The notes under the pieces: model-generated
What the model was told of the DNA's origin: nothing
Database searches by the model: none
Seen by the model: only the letters and a program-made list of their open reading frames with translations
NCBI GenBank assembly: GCA_964016885.1
Contig: OZ024744.1
Location: 131,378,001 to 131,442,000, forward strand
Source of the DNA: Eledone cirrhosa
Lineage: Eukaryota
Direction: 5' to 3'
DNA: 64,000 nucleotides
Shown here: positions 12,625 to 26,194 of the stretch, piece after piece
Layout of the letters: every line of letters begins with the position of its first letter
Position numbering within the stretch: the stretch's first letter is position 1
Made by a program: the position numbers and the translations under genes

Positions 12625-13049
12625 AACCCCAACTTCACTCAACCCCACCTTAACTCAACCCCAACTTAACTTAACCCCAACTTCACTCAACCCCAACTTA
12701 ACTTAACCCCAACTTCACTCAACCCCAACTTAACTCAACCCCAACTTAACTTAACCCCAACTTAACTTAACGCTAACTTAACTTAACCCCGACTTCACTT
12801 AACTTCGACTTAACTTAACCCCAACTTAACTTAACCCCAACTTAACTTAACCCCAACTTAACTTAACCACAAATTAACTTAACCCCAACTTAAATTAACC
12901 CCAACTTAAATTAACCCCAACTTAACTTAACCCCAACTTAACTTAACCCCAACTTAACTCACACCCAACTTAACTTACCCCCAACTTAACTTAACCCCAA
13001 CTTGACTTAACCCCAACTTAACTTAACCCCAACTTAACTTAACCCCAAA
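12625..13049 (-). repeat. Inverted block 6 (type B, 425 bp)
   Basis: Same junctions as block 5; shares the AACGCTAAC and GACTTCACTT variants. Confidence 0.97.
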
Positions 13050-16000
13050 TTCGGGGTTAAGTTAACTTGGGGTTAAGTTAAGTTAGGCTTAACTTAAGTT
13101 GGGGTTAAGTTAAGTTGGGGGTAAGTTAAGTTCTGGGTAAGTTAATTTGGGGTAAAGTTAAGTTGGGGTTAAGTTGGGGTTAAGTTAAGTTAGGGTTAAG
13201 TTAAGTTGGGGTTGAGTTAAGTTGGGGTTAAGTTAAGTTGGGGTTAAGTTAAGTTGGGGTCAAGTTAAGTTGGGGTTAAAATTAAGTTGGGGTTAAGTCA
13301 AGTTGGGGTTAAGTTAAGTTGGGGTTAATTTAGTTGGGGTTAAGTTAAGTTGGGGCTAAGATAAGTTGGGGTTAAGTTAAGTTGGGGCTAAGATAAGTTG
13401 GGGCTAAGTTAAGTTGGGGCTAAGTTAAGTTGGGGTTGAGTTAAGTTGGGGTTAAGTTAAGTTGGGGTTAAGTTAAGTTGGGGTCAAGTTAAGTTGGGGT
13501 TAAAATTAAGTTGGGGTTAAGTCAAGTTGGGGTTAAAATTAAGTTGGGGTTAAGTCAAGTTGGGGTTAAGTTAAGTTGGGGTTAATTTAGTTGGGGTTAA
13601 GTTAAGTTGGGGCTAAGATAAGTTGGGGCTAAGTTAAGTTGGGGCTAAGTTAAGTTGGGGTTAAGTTAAGTTGGGGTTAAGTTAAGTTGGGGTTGAGTTA
13701 AGTTGGGGTTGAGTGAAGTTGGGGTTAAGTTACGTTGGGGTTAAGTTAAGTTGGCGTTAAGTTAAGTTGGGGTTGAGTTAAGTTGGGGTTGAGTTAATTT
13801 AGGGTTAAGTTAAGTTGGGGTAAAGTTAAGTTGTGTTTAAGTTAAGTTGGGGTTAAATTAAGTTGGGGTTAAATTAAGTTGGGGTTAAGTTAAGTTGGGG
13901 GAAAGTTAAGTTGGGGTTAAGTTAAGTTGGGGTTAAGTTAAGTTGGGGTTAAGTTAAGTTGGGGTCAAGTTAATTTGGGGTTAAAATTAAGTTGGGGTTA
14001 AATTAAGTTGGGGTTAAGTTAAGTTGGGGCTAAGTTAAGTTGGGGCTAAGTTAAGTTGGGGCTAAGTTAAGTTGGGGTTAAGTTAAGTTGGTGTTAAGTT
14101 AAGTTGGGGCTTAGTTAAGTTGGGGCTGAGTTAAGTTGGGGCTGAGTTAAGTTGGGGTTAAGTTAAGTTGGTGTTGAGTTAAGTTGGGGTTAAGTTAAGT
14201 TGGGGTTAAGTTAAGTTGGGGTTAAGTTAAGTTGGGTTTAAGTTATGTTGGGGTTGAGTTAAGTTGGGGTTAAGTTAAGTTGGGGTTCAGTTAAGTTGGG
14301 GTTAAGTTAAGTTGGGGTTAAGATGGGGTTAAATTAAGTTGGGGTTAAGTTAAGTTGGGGTTAAGTTAAGTTGGGGTTAAGTTAAGTTGGGGTTAAGTTA
14401 AGTCGGGGTTAAGTTAAGTCGGGGTTAAGTTAAGTTAGGGTTAAGTTAAGTTGGAGTTAAGTTAAGTTGGGGTTGAGTTAAGTTGGGGTTGAGTTAAATT
14501 GGGGTGGAGTTAAGTTGGGGTTAAGTTAAGTTGGTGTTGAGTTAAGTTGGGGTTAAGTTAAGTTGGGGTTAAGTTAAGTGCAGTTAAGTTAAGTTGAGGT
14601 TAAGTTATGTAGGGGTTAATTTAAGTTGGGGTTAAGTTAAGTTGGGGCTAAGTTAAGTTGGGGCTAAGTTAAGTTGGGGCTAAGTTAAGTTGGGGTTCAG
14701 TTAAGTTGGGGTTAAGTTAAGTTTGGGTTAAGTTGGGGTTAAATTAAGTTGGGGTTAAGTTAAGTTGGGGTTTAGTTAAGTTGGGGTTAATTTAAGTTGG
14801 GGTTAATTTAAGTTGCGGTTAAGTTAAGTTGGGGTTAAGTTAAGTGGTGGTTATGTTAAGTTGGGGTTAAGTTAAGTTGGGGTTAATTTAAATTGGGGTT
14901 AAGTTAACTTTGTGGTTAAGTTAAGTTGGGGTTAAGTTAAGTTGGGGTTAAGTTAAGTTGGGGTTGCGTTAAGTTGGGGTTGAGTGAAGTTGGGGTTAAG
15001 TTAAGTTGGGGTTAATTTAAGTTGGGATTAAGTTAAGTCGGGCTTAAGTTAAGTTGGGGTTGAGTTAAGTTGGGGTTAATTTAAGTTGGGGCTAAGTTAA
15101 TTTGTGGTTAAGTTAAGTTGGGGTTAAGTTAAGTTGGGGTTAAGTTAAGTTGGGGTTGAGTTAAGTTGGGGTTGAGTTAATTTAGGGTTAAGTTAAGTTG
15201 GGGTTAAGTTAAGTTGGGTTTAAGTTAAGTTGTGGGTAAGTTAAGTTGGGGGCAAGTTAAGTTGGGGTTAAGTTAAGTTGGGGTTAAATTAAGTTGGGGT
15301 TAAGTTTAGTTGGTGTTAAGTTAAGTTGGGGTTTATTTAAGTTGGGGTTAATTAAGTTGGGGCTGAGTTAAGTTGGGGCTGAATTAAGTTGGGGTTAAGT
15401 TAAGTTGGGGTTGAGTTAAGTTGGGGTTAAGTTAAGTTGGGGTTAAGTTGAGTTGGGGTTAAGTTAAGTTGGGGTTTAGTTAAGTTGGGGTTCAGTTAAG
15501 TTGGGGTTAAGTTGGGGTTAAATTAATTTGGGGTTAAGTTAAGTTGGGGTTTAGTTTAGTTGGGGTTAAATTAAGTTGGAGTTAATTTAAGTTGGGGTTA
15601 AGTTAAGTTGCGGGTAATTTAAGTTGGGGTTAAGTTAAGTTGGGGTTAAGTTAAGTTGGGGGTAAGTTAAGTTGGGGGTAAGTTAAGTTGGGGGTAAGTT
15701 AAGTTGGGGTTAAGTTAAGTTGGGGTTAAGTTAAGTTAGGGTTAAGTTAAGTTGGGGTTGAGTTAAGTTGGGGTTAAGTTAAGTTGGGGTTATGTTAAGT
15801 TGGGGTTAAGTTAAGTTGGTTCGTTAAGTTGAGTTTAAGTTAAGTTGGGGTTAATTTAAGTTGGGGTTAAGTTAAGTTGGGGTTAAGTTAAGTTGGGGTT
15901 AAGTTAAGTTGGGGTTAAGTTAATTTGGGGTTCAGTTAAGTTGGGGTTAAGTTGGGGTTAAATTAATTTGGGGTTAAGTTAAGTTGGGGTTAAGTTAAGT

Positions 16001-16071
16001 TGGGGTTATGTTAAGTTGGGGTTAAGTTAAGTTGGGGTTAAGTTAATTTGTGGTTAAGTTAAGTTGTGGTT

Positions 16072-16458
16072 AACCCCAACTTCACTCAACCCCACCTTAA
16101 CTCAACCCCAACTTAACTTAACCCCAACTTAACTTAACCCCAACTTAACTTAACCACAAATTAATTTAACCCCAACTTAACCCCAACTTGACTTAACCCC
16201 AACTTAACTGAACCCCAACTTAACTTAACTCCAACTTAACTTAAACCCAACTTAATTAAACCCAACTTAACTTATCCCCAACTTAACTTATCCCCAACTT
16301 AACTTAACCCCAACTTAACTTAACCCCAACTTAACTTAACCCCAACTTAACTTAACCCCAACTTAACTCACACCCAACTTAACTTACCCCCAACTTAACT
16401 TAACCCCAACTTGACTTAACCCCAAATTAACTTAACCCCAACTTAACTTAACCCCAAA
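16072..16458 (-). repeat. Inverted block 7 (type B with altered interior, 387 bp)
   Basis: Type B junctions, but the interior carries AAATTAATTTAACCCC, an 11-mer, ACTGAACCCC and TTATCCCC, a combination absent from most blocks. Confidence 0.96.
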
Positions 16459-18903
16459 TTCGGGGTTAAGTTAAGTTGGGGTTAAATTAAGTTAGGCTTA
16501 ACTTAAGTTGGGGTTAAGTTAAATTGGGGGTAAGTTAAGTTCTGGGTAAGTTAAGTTGGGGTTAAGTTAAGTTGGGGTTAAGTTGGGGTTAAGTTAAGTT
16601 AGGGTTAAGTTAAGTTGGGGTTGAGTTAAGTTGGGGTTAAGTTAAGTTGGGGTTAAGTTAAGTTGGGGTCAAGTTAAGTTGGGGTTAAAATTAAGTTGGG
16701 GTTAAATCAAGTTGGGGTTAAGTTAAGTTGGGGTTAATTTAGTTAGGGTTAAGTTAAGTTGGGGCTAAGTTAAGTTGGGGCTAAGTTAAGTTGGGGCTAA
16801 GTTAAGTTGGGGTTAAGTTAAGTTGGGGTTAATTTAAATTGGGGTTAAGTTAACATTGTGGTTAAGTTAAGTTGGGGTTAAGTTAAGTTGGGGTTAAGTT
16901 AAGTTGGGGTTGAGTTAAGTTGGGGTTGAGTGAAGTTGGGGTTAAGTTAAGTTGGGGTTAAGTTAAGTTGGGGTTAAGTTAAGTTGGGGTCAAGTTAAGT
17001 TGGGGTTAAGTTAAGTTGGGGTTAAGATAAGTTGGTTAGTTAAGTTGAGTTTAATTTAAGTTGGGGTTAAGTTAAGTTGGGGTTAAGTTAAGTTGGGGTT
17101 AAGTTAATTTGGGGTTCAGTTAAGTTGGGGTTAAGTCAAGTTGGGGTTAAGTTGGGGTTAAATTAATCTGGGGTTAAGTTATTGTTGGGGTTAAGTTAAG
17201 TTGGGGTTAAGTTAAGTTGGGGTTAAGTTAAGTTGGGGTTAAGTTAATTTGGGGTTGAGTTAATTTGGGGTTAAGTTAAGTTGGGGTTAAGTTAAGTTGG
17301 GTTTAAGTTAAGTTGGGGTTAAATTAAGTTGGGGTTAAATTAAGTTGGGGTTAAGTTAAGTTGGGGGTAAGTTAAGTTGGGGGCAAGTTAAGTTGGGGTT
17401 AAGTTAAGTTGGGGTTAAATTAAGTTGGGGTTACGTTAAGTTGGTGTTAAGTTAAGTTGGGGTTAATTTAAGTTGGGGTTAATGAAGTTGGGGTTAAGTT
17501 AAGTTGGGGTTAAGTTAAGTTGGGGTTAATTTAAGTTGGGATTGAGTTAAGTTGGGGTTAAGTTAAGTTGGGGTTATATTAAGTTGAGGTTAAGTTAAGT
17601 TGGGGTTAAGTTAAGTTGGGGTTCTGTTAAGTTGCGGTTAAGTTAAGTTGGGGTTAAGTTAAGTTGGGGTTAAGTTAAGTTGGGGTTAAGTTAAGTTGGG
17701 GTCAAGTTAAGTTGGGGTTAAGTTAAGTTGGGATTAAGTTAAGTTGGGGTTAAGTTAAGTTGGGGTTAAGTTAAGTAGGGGTTAAGTTAAGTTGGGGTTA
17801 AGTTAAGTTGAGGTTAAATTAAGTTGGGGATAAGTTAAGTTGGGGTTATATTAAGTCGGGGTTAAGTTAAGTTGGTGTTCATTTAAGTTGGGGTTAAGTT
17901 AAGTTTGGGTTAAGTTGGGGTTAAATTAAGTTGGGGTTAAGTTAAGTTGGGGTTAAGTTAAGTTGGGGTTAAGTTAAGTTGGGGTTAAGTTAAGTTGGGG
18001 TTAATTTAAGTTGGGGTTAAGTTAAGTTGCGGGTAATTTAAGTTGGGGTTAAGTTAAGTTGGGGTTAAGTTAAGTTGGGGTTAAGTTAAGTTGGGGTTAA
18101 GGTAAGTTGGGGTTAAGTTAAGTTGGGGCTAAGTTAAGTTGGGGCTGAGTTAAGTTGGGGTTAAGTTAAGTTGGGGTTAAGTTAAGTTGGGGTTAAGTTA
18201 AGTTGGGGTTAAGTTAAGTTGGGGTTGAGTTAAGTTGGGGATAAGTTAAGTAGGGGTAAGTTAAGTTGGGGTTCAGTTAAGTTGGGGTTAAGTTAAGTTG
18301 GGGTTAAGATGGGGTTAAATTAAGTTGGGGTTAAGTTAAGTTGGGGTTAAGTTAAGTTGGGGTTAAGTTAAGTTGGGGTTAAGTTAAGTCGGGGTTAAGT
18401 TAAGTCGGGGTTAAGTTAAGTTAGGGTTAAGTTAAGTTGGAGTTAAGTTAAGTTGGGGTTGAGTTAAGTTGGGGTTGAGTTAAATTGGGGTTGAGTTAAG
18501 TTGGGGTTGATTTAAGTTGGTGTTGAGTTAAGTTGGGGTTAATTTAAGTTGGGGTTAATTTAAGCTGGGGTTAAGTTAAGTTGGGGATAATTTAAGTTGG
18601 GGATGAGTTAAGTTGGGGTTAAGTTAAGTTGGGTTTACGTTAAGTTGGGGTTAATTTAAGTTGGGGTTAAGTTACGTTGGGGTTAAGTTAAGTTGGGGTT
18701 AAGTTAAGTTGGGGTTCAGTTAAGTTGGGGTTAAATCAAGTTGGGGTTAAGTTGGGGTTAAAGTAATTTGGGGTTAAGTTAAGTTGGGGTTAAGTTAAGT
18801 TGGGGTTAAGTTAAGTTGGGGTTAAGTTAAGTTGGGGTTAAGTTAAGTTGGAGTTAAGTTAAGTTTGGGTTGAGTTAAGTTGGGGTTGAGTTAAATTGGG
18901 GTT

Positions 18904-19392
18904 AACTCCAACTTAAGTTAACCCCAACTTAACTTAACCCCAACTTCACTCAACCCCAACTTAACTTAACCCCAACTTCACTCAACCCCAACTTAACTCA
19001 ACCCCAACTTAACTTAACCCCAACTTCACTCAACCCCAACTTATCTTAACCCCAACTTCACTCAACCCCAACTTAACTCAACCCCAACTTAACTTAACCC
19101 CAACTTAACTTAACCCTAACTTAACTTAACCCCGACTTAACTTAACCTCGACTTAACTTAACCCCAACTTAATTTAACCGCAACTTAACTTAACCCCAAC
19201 TTAACTTAACCACAAATTAACTCAACCGCAACTTCAATTAACCCCAACTTAACTTAACCCCAACTTAACTTAACCCCAACTTAACTTAACCCCAACTTAA
19301 CTCACACCCAACTTACCTTACCCCCAACTTAACTTAACCCCAACTTGACTTAACCCCAACTTAACTTAACCCCAACTTAACTTAACCCCGAA
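18904..19392 (-). repeat. Inverted block 8 (type A, 489 bp, EcoRI right junction)
   Basis: Left junction GTTAACTCC; right junction CCCCGAATTCGGGG (GAATTC at 19390-19395). Confidence 0.97.
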
Positions 19393-21295
19393 TTCGGGGT
19401 TAAGTTATGTTGGGGTTAAGTTAAGTTAGGCCTAACTTAAGTTGGAGTTAAGTTAAGTTGGGGGTAAGTTAAGTTGGGGGTAAGTTAAGTTGGGGTTAAG
19501 TTAAGTTGGGGTTAAGTTGGGGTTAAGTTAAGTTAGGGTTAAGTTAAGTTGGGGTTGAGTTAAGTTGGGGTTAAGTTAAGTGGGGTTAATTTAAATTGGT
19601 GTTAAGTTAACTTTGTGGTTAAGTTAAGTTGGGGTTAAGTTAAGTTGGGGTTAAGTTAAGTTGGGGTTGAGTTAAGTTGGGGTTGAGTGAAGTTGGGGTT
19701 AAGTTAAGTTGGGGTTAATTTAAGTTGGGGTTAAGTTAAATCGGAGTTAAGTTAAGTTGGGGTTGAGTTAAGTTGGCGTTAATTTAAGTTGGGGCTAAGT
19801 TAAGTTGGGGTTAAGTTAAGTTGAGGTTAAGTTAAGTTGGGGTTGAGTTAAGTTGGGGTTGAGTTAATTTGGGGTTAAGTTAAGTTGGGGTTAAGTTAAG
19901 TTGGGTTTAAGTTAAGTTGGGGTTAAATTAAGTTGGGGTTAAATTAAGTTGGGGTTAAGTTAAGTTGGGGGTAAGATAAGTTGGGGGCAAGTTAAGTTGG
20001 GGTTAAGTTAAGTTGGGGTTAAATTAAGTTGGGGATAAGTTAAGTTGGGGTTATATTAAGTCGGGGTTAAGTTAAGTTGGTGTTCATTTAAGTTGGGGTT
20101 AAGTTAAGTTTGGGTTAAGTTGGGGTTAAATTAAGTTGGGGTTAAGTTAAGTTGGGGTTAAGTTAAGTTGGGGTTAAGTTAAGTTGGGGTTAAGTTAAGT
20201 TGGGGTTAATTTAAGTTGGGGTTAAGTTAAGTTGCGGGTAATTTAAGTTGGGGTTAAGTTAAGTTGGGGTTAAGTTAAGTTGGGGTTAAGTTAAGTTGGG
20301 GTTAAGGTAAGTTGGGGTTAAGTTAAGTTGGGGCTAAGTTAAGTTGGGGCTGAGTTAAGTTGGGGTTAAGTTAAGTTGGGGTTAAGTTAAGTTGGGGTTA
20401 AGTTAAGTTGGGGTTAAGTTAAGTTGGGGTTGAGTTAAGTTGGGGTTAAGTTAAGTAGGGGTAAGTTAAGTTGGGGTTCAGTTAAGTTGGGGTTAAGTTA
20501 AGTTGGGGTTAAGATGGGGTTAAATTAAGTTGGGGTTAAGTTAAGTTGGGGTTAAGTTAAGTTGGGGTTAAGTTAAGTTGGGGTTAAGTTAAGTCGGGGT
20601 TAAGTTAAGTCGGGGTTAAGTTAAGTTAGGGTTAAGTAAAGTTGGAGTTAAGTTAAGTTGGGGTTGAGTTAAGTTGGGGTTGAGTTAAATTGGGGTTGAG
20701 TTAAGTTGGGGTTGATTTAAGTTGGTGTTGAGTTAAGTTGGGGTTAAATTAAGTTGGGGTTAAATTAAGTTGGGGTTAAGTAAATTTGGGGGTAAGTTAA
20801 GTTGGGGGCAAGTTAAGTTGGGGCTAAGTTAAGTTGGGGTTAAATTAAGTTGGGGTTACGTTAAGTTGGTGTTAAGTTAAGTTGGGGTTAATTTAAGTTG
20901 GGGTTAATTAAGTTAGGGTTAAGTTAAGTTGGGGTTAAGTTAAGTTGGGGTTAATTTAAGTTGGGGTTGAGTTAAGTTAGGGTTAAGTTAAGTTGGGGTT
21001 TATTAAGTTGGGGTTAAGTTAAGTTGGGGTTAAGTTAAGTTGGGGTTCAGTTAAGTTGCGGTTAAGTTAAGTTGGGGTTAAGTTAAGTTGGGGTTAAGTT
21101 AAGTTGGTTAGTTAAGTTGAGTTTAAGTTAAGTTGGGGTTAATTTAAGTTGGGGTTAAGTTAAGTTGGGGTTAAGTTAAGTTGGGGTTAAGTCAAGTTGG
21201 GGTTAAGTTGGGGTTAAATTAATTTGGGGTTAAGTTAAGTTGGGGTTAAGTTAAGTTGGGGTTATGTTAAGTTGGGGTTAAGTTAAGTTGTGGTT

Positions 21296-21720
21296 AACCC
21301 CAACTTCACTCAACCCCACCTTAACTCAACCCCAACTTAACTTAACCCCAACTTCACTCAACCCCAACTTAACTTAACCCCAACTTCACTCAACCCCAAC
21401 TTAAATCAACCCCAACTTAACATAACCCCAACTTAACTTAACCCTAACTTAACTTAACCCCGACTTAACTTAACTTCGACTTAACTTAACCCCAACTTAA
21501 CTTAACCCCAACTTAACTTAACCCCAACTTAACTTAACCACAAATTAACTTAACCCCAACTTAAATTAACCCCAACTTAAATTAACCCCAACTTAACTTA
21601 ACCCCAACTTAACTTAACCCCAACTTAACTCACACCCAACTTAACTTACCCCCAACTTAACTTAACGCCAACTTGACTTAACCCCAAATTAACTTAACCC
21701 CAACTTAACTTAACCCCAAA
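21296..21720 (-). repeat. Inverted block 9 (type B, 425 bp)
   Basis: Copy of block 4 at offset 12375; shares the TTAAATCAAC, AACATAAC and AACGCCAAC variants. Confidence 0.97.
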
Positions 21721-22747
21721 TTCGGGGTTAAGTTAAGTTGGGGTTAAGTTAAGTTAGGCTTAACTTAAGTTGGGGTTAAGTTAAGTTGGGGGTAAGTTAA
21801 GTTGGGGTTGAGTTAAGTTGGGGTTGAGTTAAGTTGGGGTTAAGTTAAGTTAGGGTTAAGTTAAGTTGGGGTCAAGTTAAATTGGGGTTAAAATTAAGTT
21901 GGGGTTAAGTCAAGTTGGGGCTAAGTTAAGTTGGGGCTAAGTTAAGTTGGGGCTACGTTAAGTTGGGGTTAAGTTAAGTTGGGGTTAAGTGAAGTTGGGG
22001 TTAATTTAAATTGGGGTTAAGTTAACTTTGTGGTTAAGTTAAGTTGGGGTAAAGTTAAGTTGGGGTTAAGTTAAGTTGGGGTTGAGTTAAGTTGGGGTTG
22101 AGTCAAGTTGGGGTTAAGTTAAGTTGGGGTTAAGTTAAGTTGGCGTTTATTTAAGTTGGGGTTGAGTTAAGTTGGGGTTGAGTTAATTTAGGGTTAAGTT
22201 AAGTTGGGGTTAAGTTAAGTTGTGTTTAAGTTAAGTTGGGGTTAAATTAAGTTGGGGTTAAGTTAAGTTGGGGGTAAGTTAAGTTGGGGTTAAGTTAAGT
22301 TGGGGTTAAGTTAAGTTGGGGTTAAGTTAAGTTGGGGTCAAGTTAAGTTAGGGTTAAAATTAAGTTGGGGTTAAGTCAAGTTGGGGTTAAGTTAAGTTGG
22401 GGTTAATTTAGTTGGGGTTAAGTTAAGTTGGGGCTAAGTTAAGTTGGGGCTAAGTTAAGTTGCGGCTAAGTTAAGTTGGGGTTAAGTTAAGTTGGGGTTA
22501 AGTTAAGGTGGGGTTAATTTAAGTTGGGGTCAACTTAAATTGGGGTTAAGTTAAGTTGGTTAGTTAAGTTGAGTTTAAGTTAAGTTGGGGTTAATTTAAG
22601 TTGGGGTTAAGTTAAGTTGGGGTTAAGTTAAGTTGGGGTTAAGTTAATTTGGGGTTCAGTTAAGTTGGGGTTAAGTCAAGTTGGGGTTAAGTTGGGGTTA
22701 AATTAAGTTGGGGTTAAGTTAATTCGTGGTTAAGTTAAGTTGGGGTT

Positions 22748-23172
22748 AACCCCAACTTCACTCAACCCCACCTTAACTCAACCCCAACTTAACTTAACCC
22801 CAACTTCACTCAACCCCAACTTAACTTAACCCCAACTTCACTCAACCCCAACTTAACTCAACCCCAACTTAACTTAACCCCAACTTAACTTAACGCTAAC
22901 TTAACTTAACCCCGACTTCACTTAACTTCGACTTAACTTAACCCCAACTTAACTTAACCCCAACTTAACTTAACCCCAACTTAACTTAACCACAAATTAA
23001 CTTAACCCCAACTTAAATTAACCCCAACTTAAATTAACCCCAACTTAACTTAACCCCAACTTAACTTAACCCCAACTTAACTCACACCCAACTTAACTTA
23101 CCCCCAACTTAACTTAACCCCAACTTGACTTAACCCCAACTTAACTTAACCCCAACTTAACTTAACCCCAAA
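22748..23172 (-). repeat. Inverted block 10 (type B, 425 bp)
   Basis: Copy of block 6 at offset 10123. Confidence 0.97.
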
Positions 23173-26100
23173 TTCGGGGTTAAGTTAAGTTGGGGTTAAG
23201 TTAAGTTAGGCTTAACTTAAGTTGGGGTTAAGTTAAGTTGGGGGTAAGTTAAGTTCTGGGTAAGTTAATTTGGGGTAAAGTTAAGTTGGGGTTAAGTTGG
23301 GGTTAAGTTAAGTTAGGGTTAAGTTAAGTTGGGGTTGAGTTAAGTTGGGGTTAAGTTAAGTTGGGGTTAAGTTAAGTTGGGGTCAAGTTAAGTTGGGGTT
23401 AAAATTAAGTTGGGGTTAAGTCAAGTTGGGGTTAAGTTAAGTTGGGGTTAATTTAGTTGGGGTTAAGTTAAGTTGGGGCTAAGATAAGTTGGGGTTAAGT
23501 TAAGTTGGGGCTAAGATAAGTTGGGGCTAAGTTAAGTTGGGGCTAAGTTAAGTTGGGGTTGAGTTAAGTTGGGGTTAAGTTAAGTTGGGGTTAAGTTAAG
23601 TTGGGGTCAAGTTAAGTTGGGGTTAAAATTAAGTTGGGGTTAAGTCAAGTTGGGGTTAAAATTAAGTTGGGGTTAAGTCAAGTTGGGGTTAAGTTAAGTT
23701 GGGGTTAATTTAGTTGGGGTTAAGTTAAGTTGGGGCTAAGATAAGTTGGGGCTAAGTTAAGTTGGGGCTAAGTTAAGTTGGGGTTAAGTTAAGTTGGGGT
23801 TAAGTTAAGTTGGGGTTGAGTTAAGTTGGGGTTGAGTGAAGTTGGGGTTAAGTTACGTTGGGGTTAAGTTAAGTTGGCGTTAAGTTAAGTTGGGGTTGAG
23901 TTAAGTTGGGGTTGAGTTAATTTAGGGTTAAGTTAAGTTGGGGTAAAGTTAAGTTGTGTTTAAGTTAAGTTGGGGTTAAATTAAGTTGGGGTTAAATTAA
24001 GTTGGGGTTAAGTTAAGTTGGGGGAAAGTTAAGTTGGGGTTAAGTTAAGTTGGGGTTAAGTTAAGTTGGGGTTAAGTTAAGTTGGGGTCAAGTTAATTTG
24101 GGGTTAAAATTAAGTTGGGGTTAAATTAAGTTGGGGTTAAGTTAAGTTGGGGCTAAGTTAAGTTGGGGCTAAGTTAAGTTGGGGCTAAGTTAAGTTGGGG
24201 TTAAGTTAAGTTGGTGTTAAGTTAAGTTGGGGCTTAGTTAAGTTGGGGCTGAGTTAAGTTGGGGCTGAGTTAAGTTGGGGTTAAGTTAAGTTGGTGTTGA
24301 GTTAAGTTGGGGTTAAGTTAAGTTGGGGTTAAGTTAAGTTGGGGTTAAGTTAAGTTGGGTTTAAGTTATGTTGGGGTTGAGTTAAGTTGGGGTTAAGTTA
24401 AGTTGGGGTTCAGTTAAGTTGGGGTTAAGTTAAGTTGGGGTTAAGATGGGGTTAAATTAAGTTGGGGTTAAGTTAAGTTGGGGTTAAGTTAAGTTGGGGT
24501 TAAGTTAAGTTGGGGTTAAGTTAAGTCGGGGTTAAGTTAAGTCGGGGTTAAGTTAAGTTAGGGTTAAGTTAAGTTGGAGTTAAGTTAAGTTGGGGTTGAG
24601 TTAAGTTGGGGTTGAGTTAAATTGGGGTGGAGTTAAGTTGGGGTTAAGTTAAGTTGGTGTTGAGTTAAGTTGGGGTTAAGTTAAGTTGGGGTTAAGTTAA
24701 GTGCAGTTAAGTTAAGTTGAGGTTAAGTTATGTAGGGGTTAATTTAAGTTGGGGTTAAGTTAAGTTGGGGCTAAGTTAAGTTGGGGCTAAGTTAAGTTGG
24801 GGCTAAGTTAAGTTGGGGTTCAGTTAAGTTGGGGTTAAGTTAAGTTTGGGTTAAGTTGGGGTTAAATTAAGTTGGGGTTAAGTTAAGTTGGGGTTTAGTT
24901 AAGTTGGGGTTAATTTAAGTTGGGGTTAATTTAAGTTGCGGTTAAGTTAAGTTGGGGTTAAGTTAAGTGGTGGTTATGTTAAGTTGGGGTTAAGTTAAGT
25001 TGGGGTTAATTTAAATTGGGGTTAAGTTAACTTTGTGGTTAAGTTAAGTTGGGGTTAAGTTAAGTTGGGGTTAAGTTAAGTTGGGGTTGCGTTAAGTTGG
25101 GGTTGAGTGAAGTTGGGGTTAAGTTAAGTTGGGGTTAATTTAAGTTGGGATTAAGTTAAGTCGGGCTTAAGTTAAGTTGGGGTTGAGTTAAGTTGGGGTT
25201 AATTTAAGTTGGGGCTAAGTTAATTTGTGGTTAAGTTAAGTTGGGGTTAAGTTAAGTTGGGGTTAAGTTAAGTTGGGGTTGAGTTAAGTTGGGGTTGAGT
25301 TAATTTAGGGTTAAGTTAAGTTGGGGTTAAGTTAAGTTGGGTTTAAGTTAAGTTGTGGGTAAGTTAAGTTGGGGGCAAGTTAAGTTGGGGTTAAGTTAAG
25401 TTGGGGTTAAATTAAGTTGGGGTTAAGTTTAGTTGGTGTTAAGTTAAGTTGGGGTTTATTTAAGTTGGGGTTAATTAAGTAGGGGCTGAGTTAAGTTGGG
25501 GCTGAATTAAGTTGGGGTTAAGTTAAGTTGGGGTTGAGTTAAGTTGGGGTTAAGTTAAGTTGGGGTTAAGTTGAGTTGGGGTTAAGTTAAGTTGGGGTTT
25601 AGTTAAGTTGGGGTTCAGTTAAGTTGGGGTTAAGTTGGGGTTAAATTAATTTGGGGTTAAGTTAAGTTGGGGTTTAGTTTAGTTGGGGTTAAATTAAGTT
25701 GGAGTTAATTTAAGTTGGGGTTAAGTTAAGTTGCGGGTAATTTAAGTTGGGGTTAAGTTAAGTTGGGGTTAAGTTAAGTTGGGGGTAAGTTAAGTTGGGG
25801 GTAAGTTAAGTTGGGGGTAAGTTAAGTTGGGGTTAAGTTAAGTTGGGGTTAAGTTAAGTTAGGGTTAAGTTAAGTTGGGGTTGAGTTAAGTTGGGGTTAA
25901 GTTAAGTTGGGGTTATGTTAAGTTGGGGTTAAGTTAAGTTGGTTCGTTAAGTTGAGTTTAAGTTAAGTTGGGGTTAATTTAAGTTGGGGTTAAGTTAAGT
26001 TGGGGTTAAGTTAAGTTGGGGTTAAGTTAAGTTGGGGTTAAGTTAATTTGGGGTTCAGTTAAGTTGGGGTTAAGTTGGGGTTAAATTAATTTGGGGTTAA

Positions 26101-26194
26101 GTTAAGTTGGGGTTAAGTTAAGTTGGGGTTATGTTAAGTTGGGGTTAAGTTAAGTTGGGGTTAAGTTAATTTGTGGTTAAGTTAAGTTGTGGTT

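Larger units (their letters stand above)
9790..13360 (+). repeat. Duplication, offset 2193 bp (2209 after a one-monomer indel in block 5)
   Basis: CGTTTATTT at 9828/12021; block starts at 10432/12625; block ends at 10840/13049. Boundaries are approximate. Confidence 0.8.

Noticed and set aside
15815-15835. TTCGTT variant as a CENP-B box
   Set aside because: Only the TTCG core matches; the downstream A..CGGG positions of the 17-bp box are absent.
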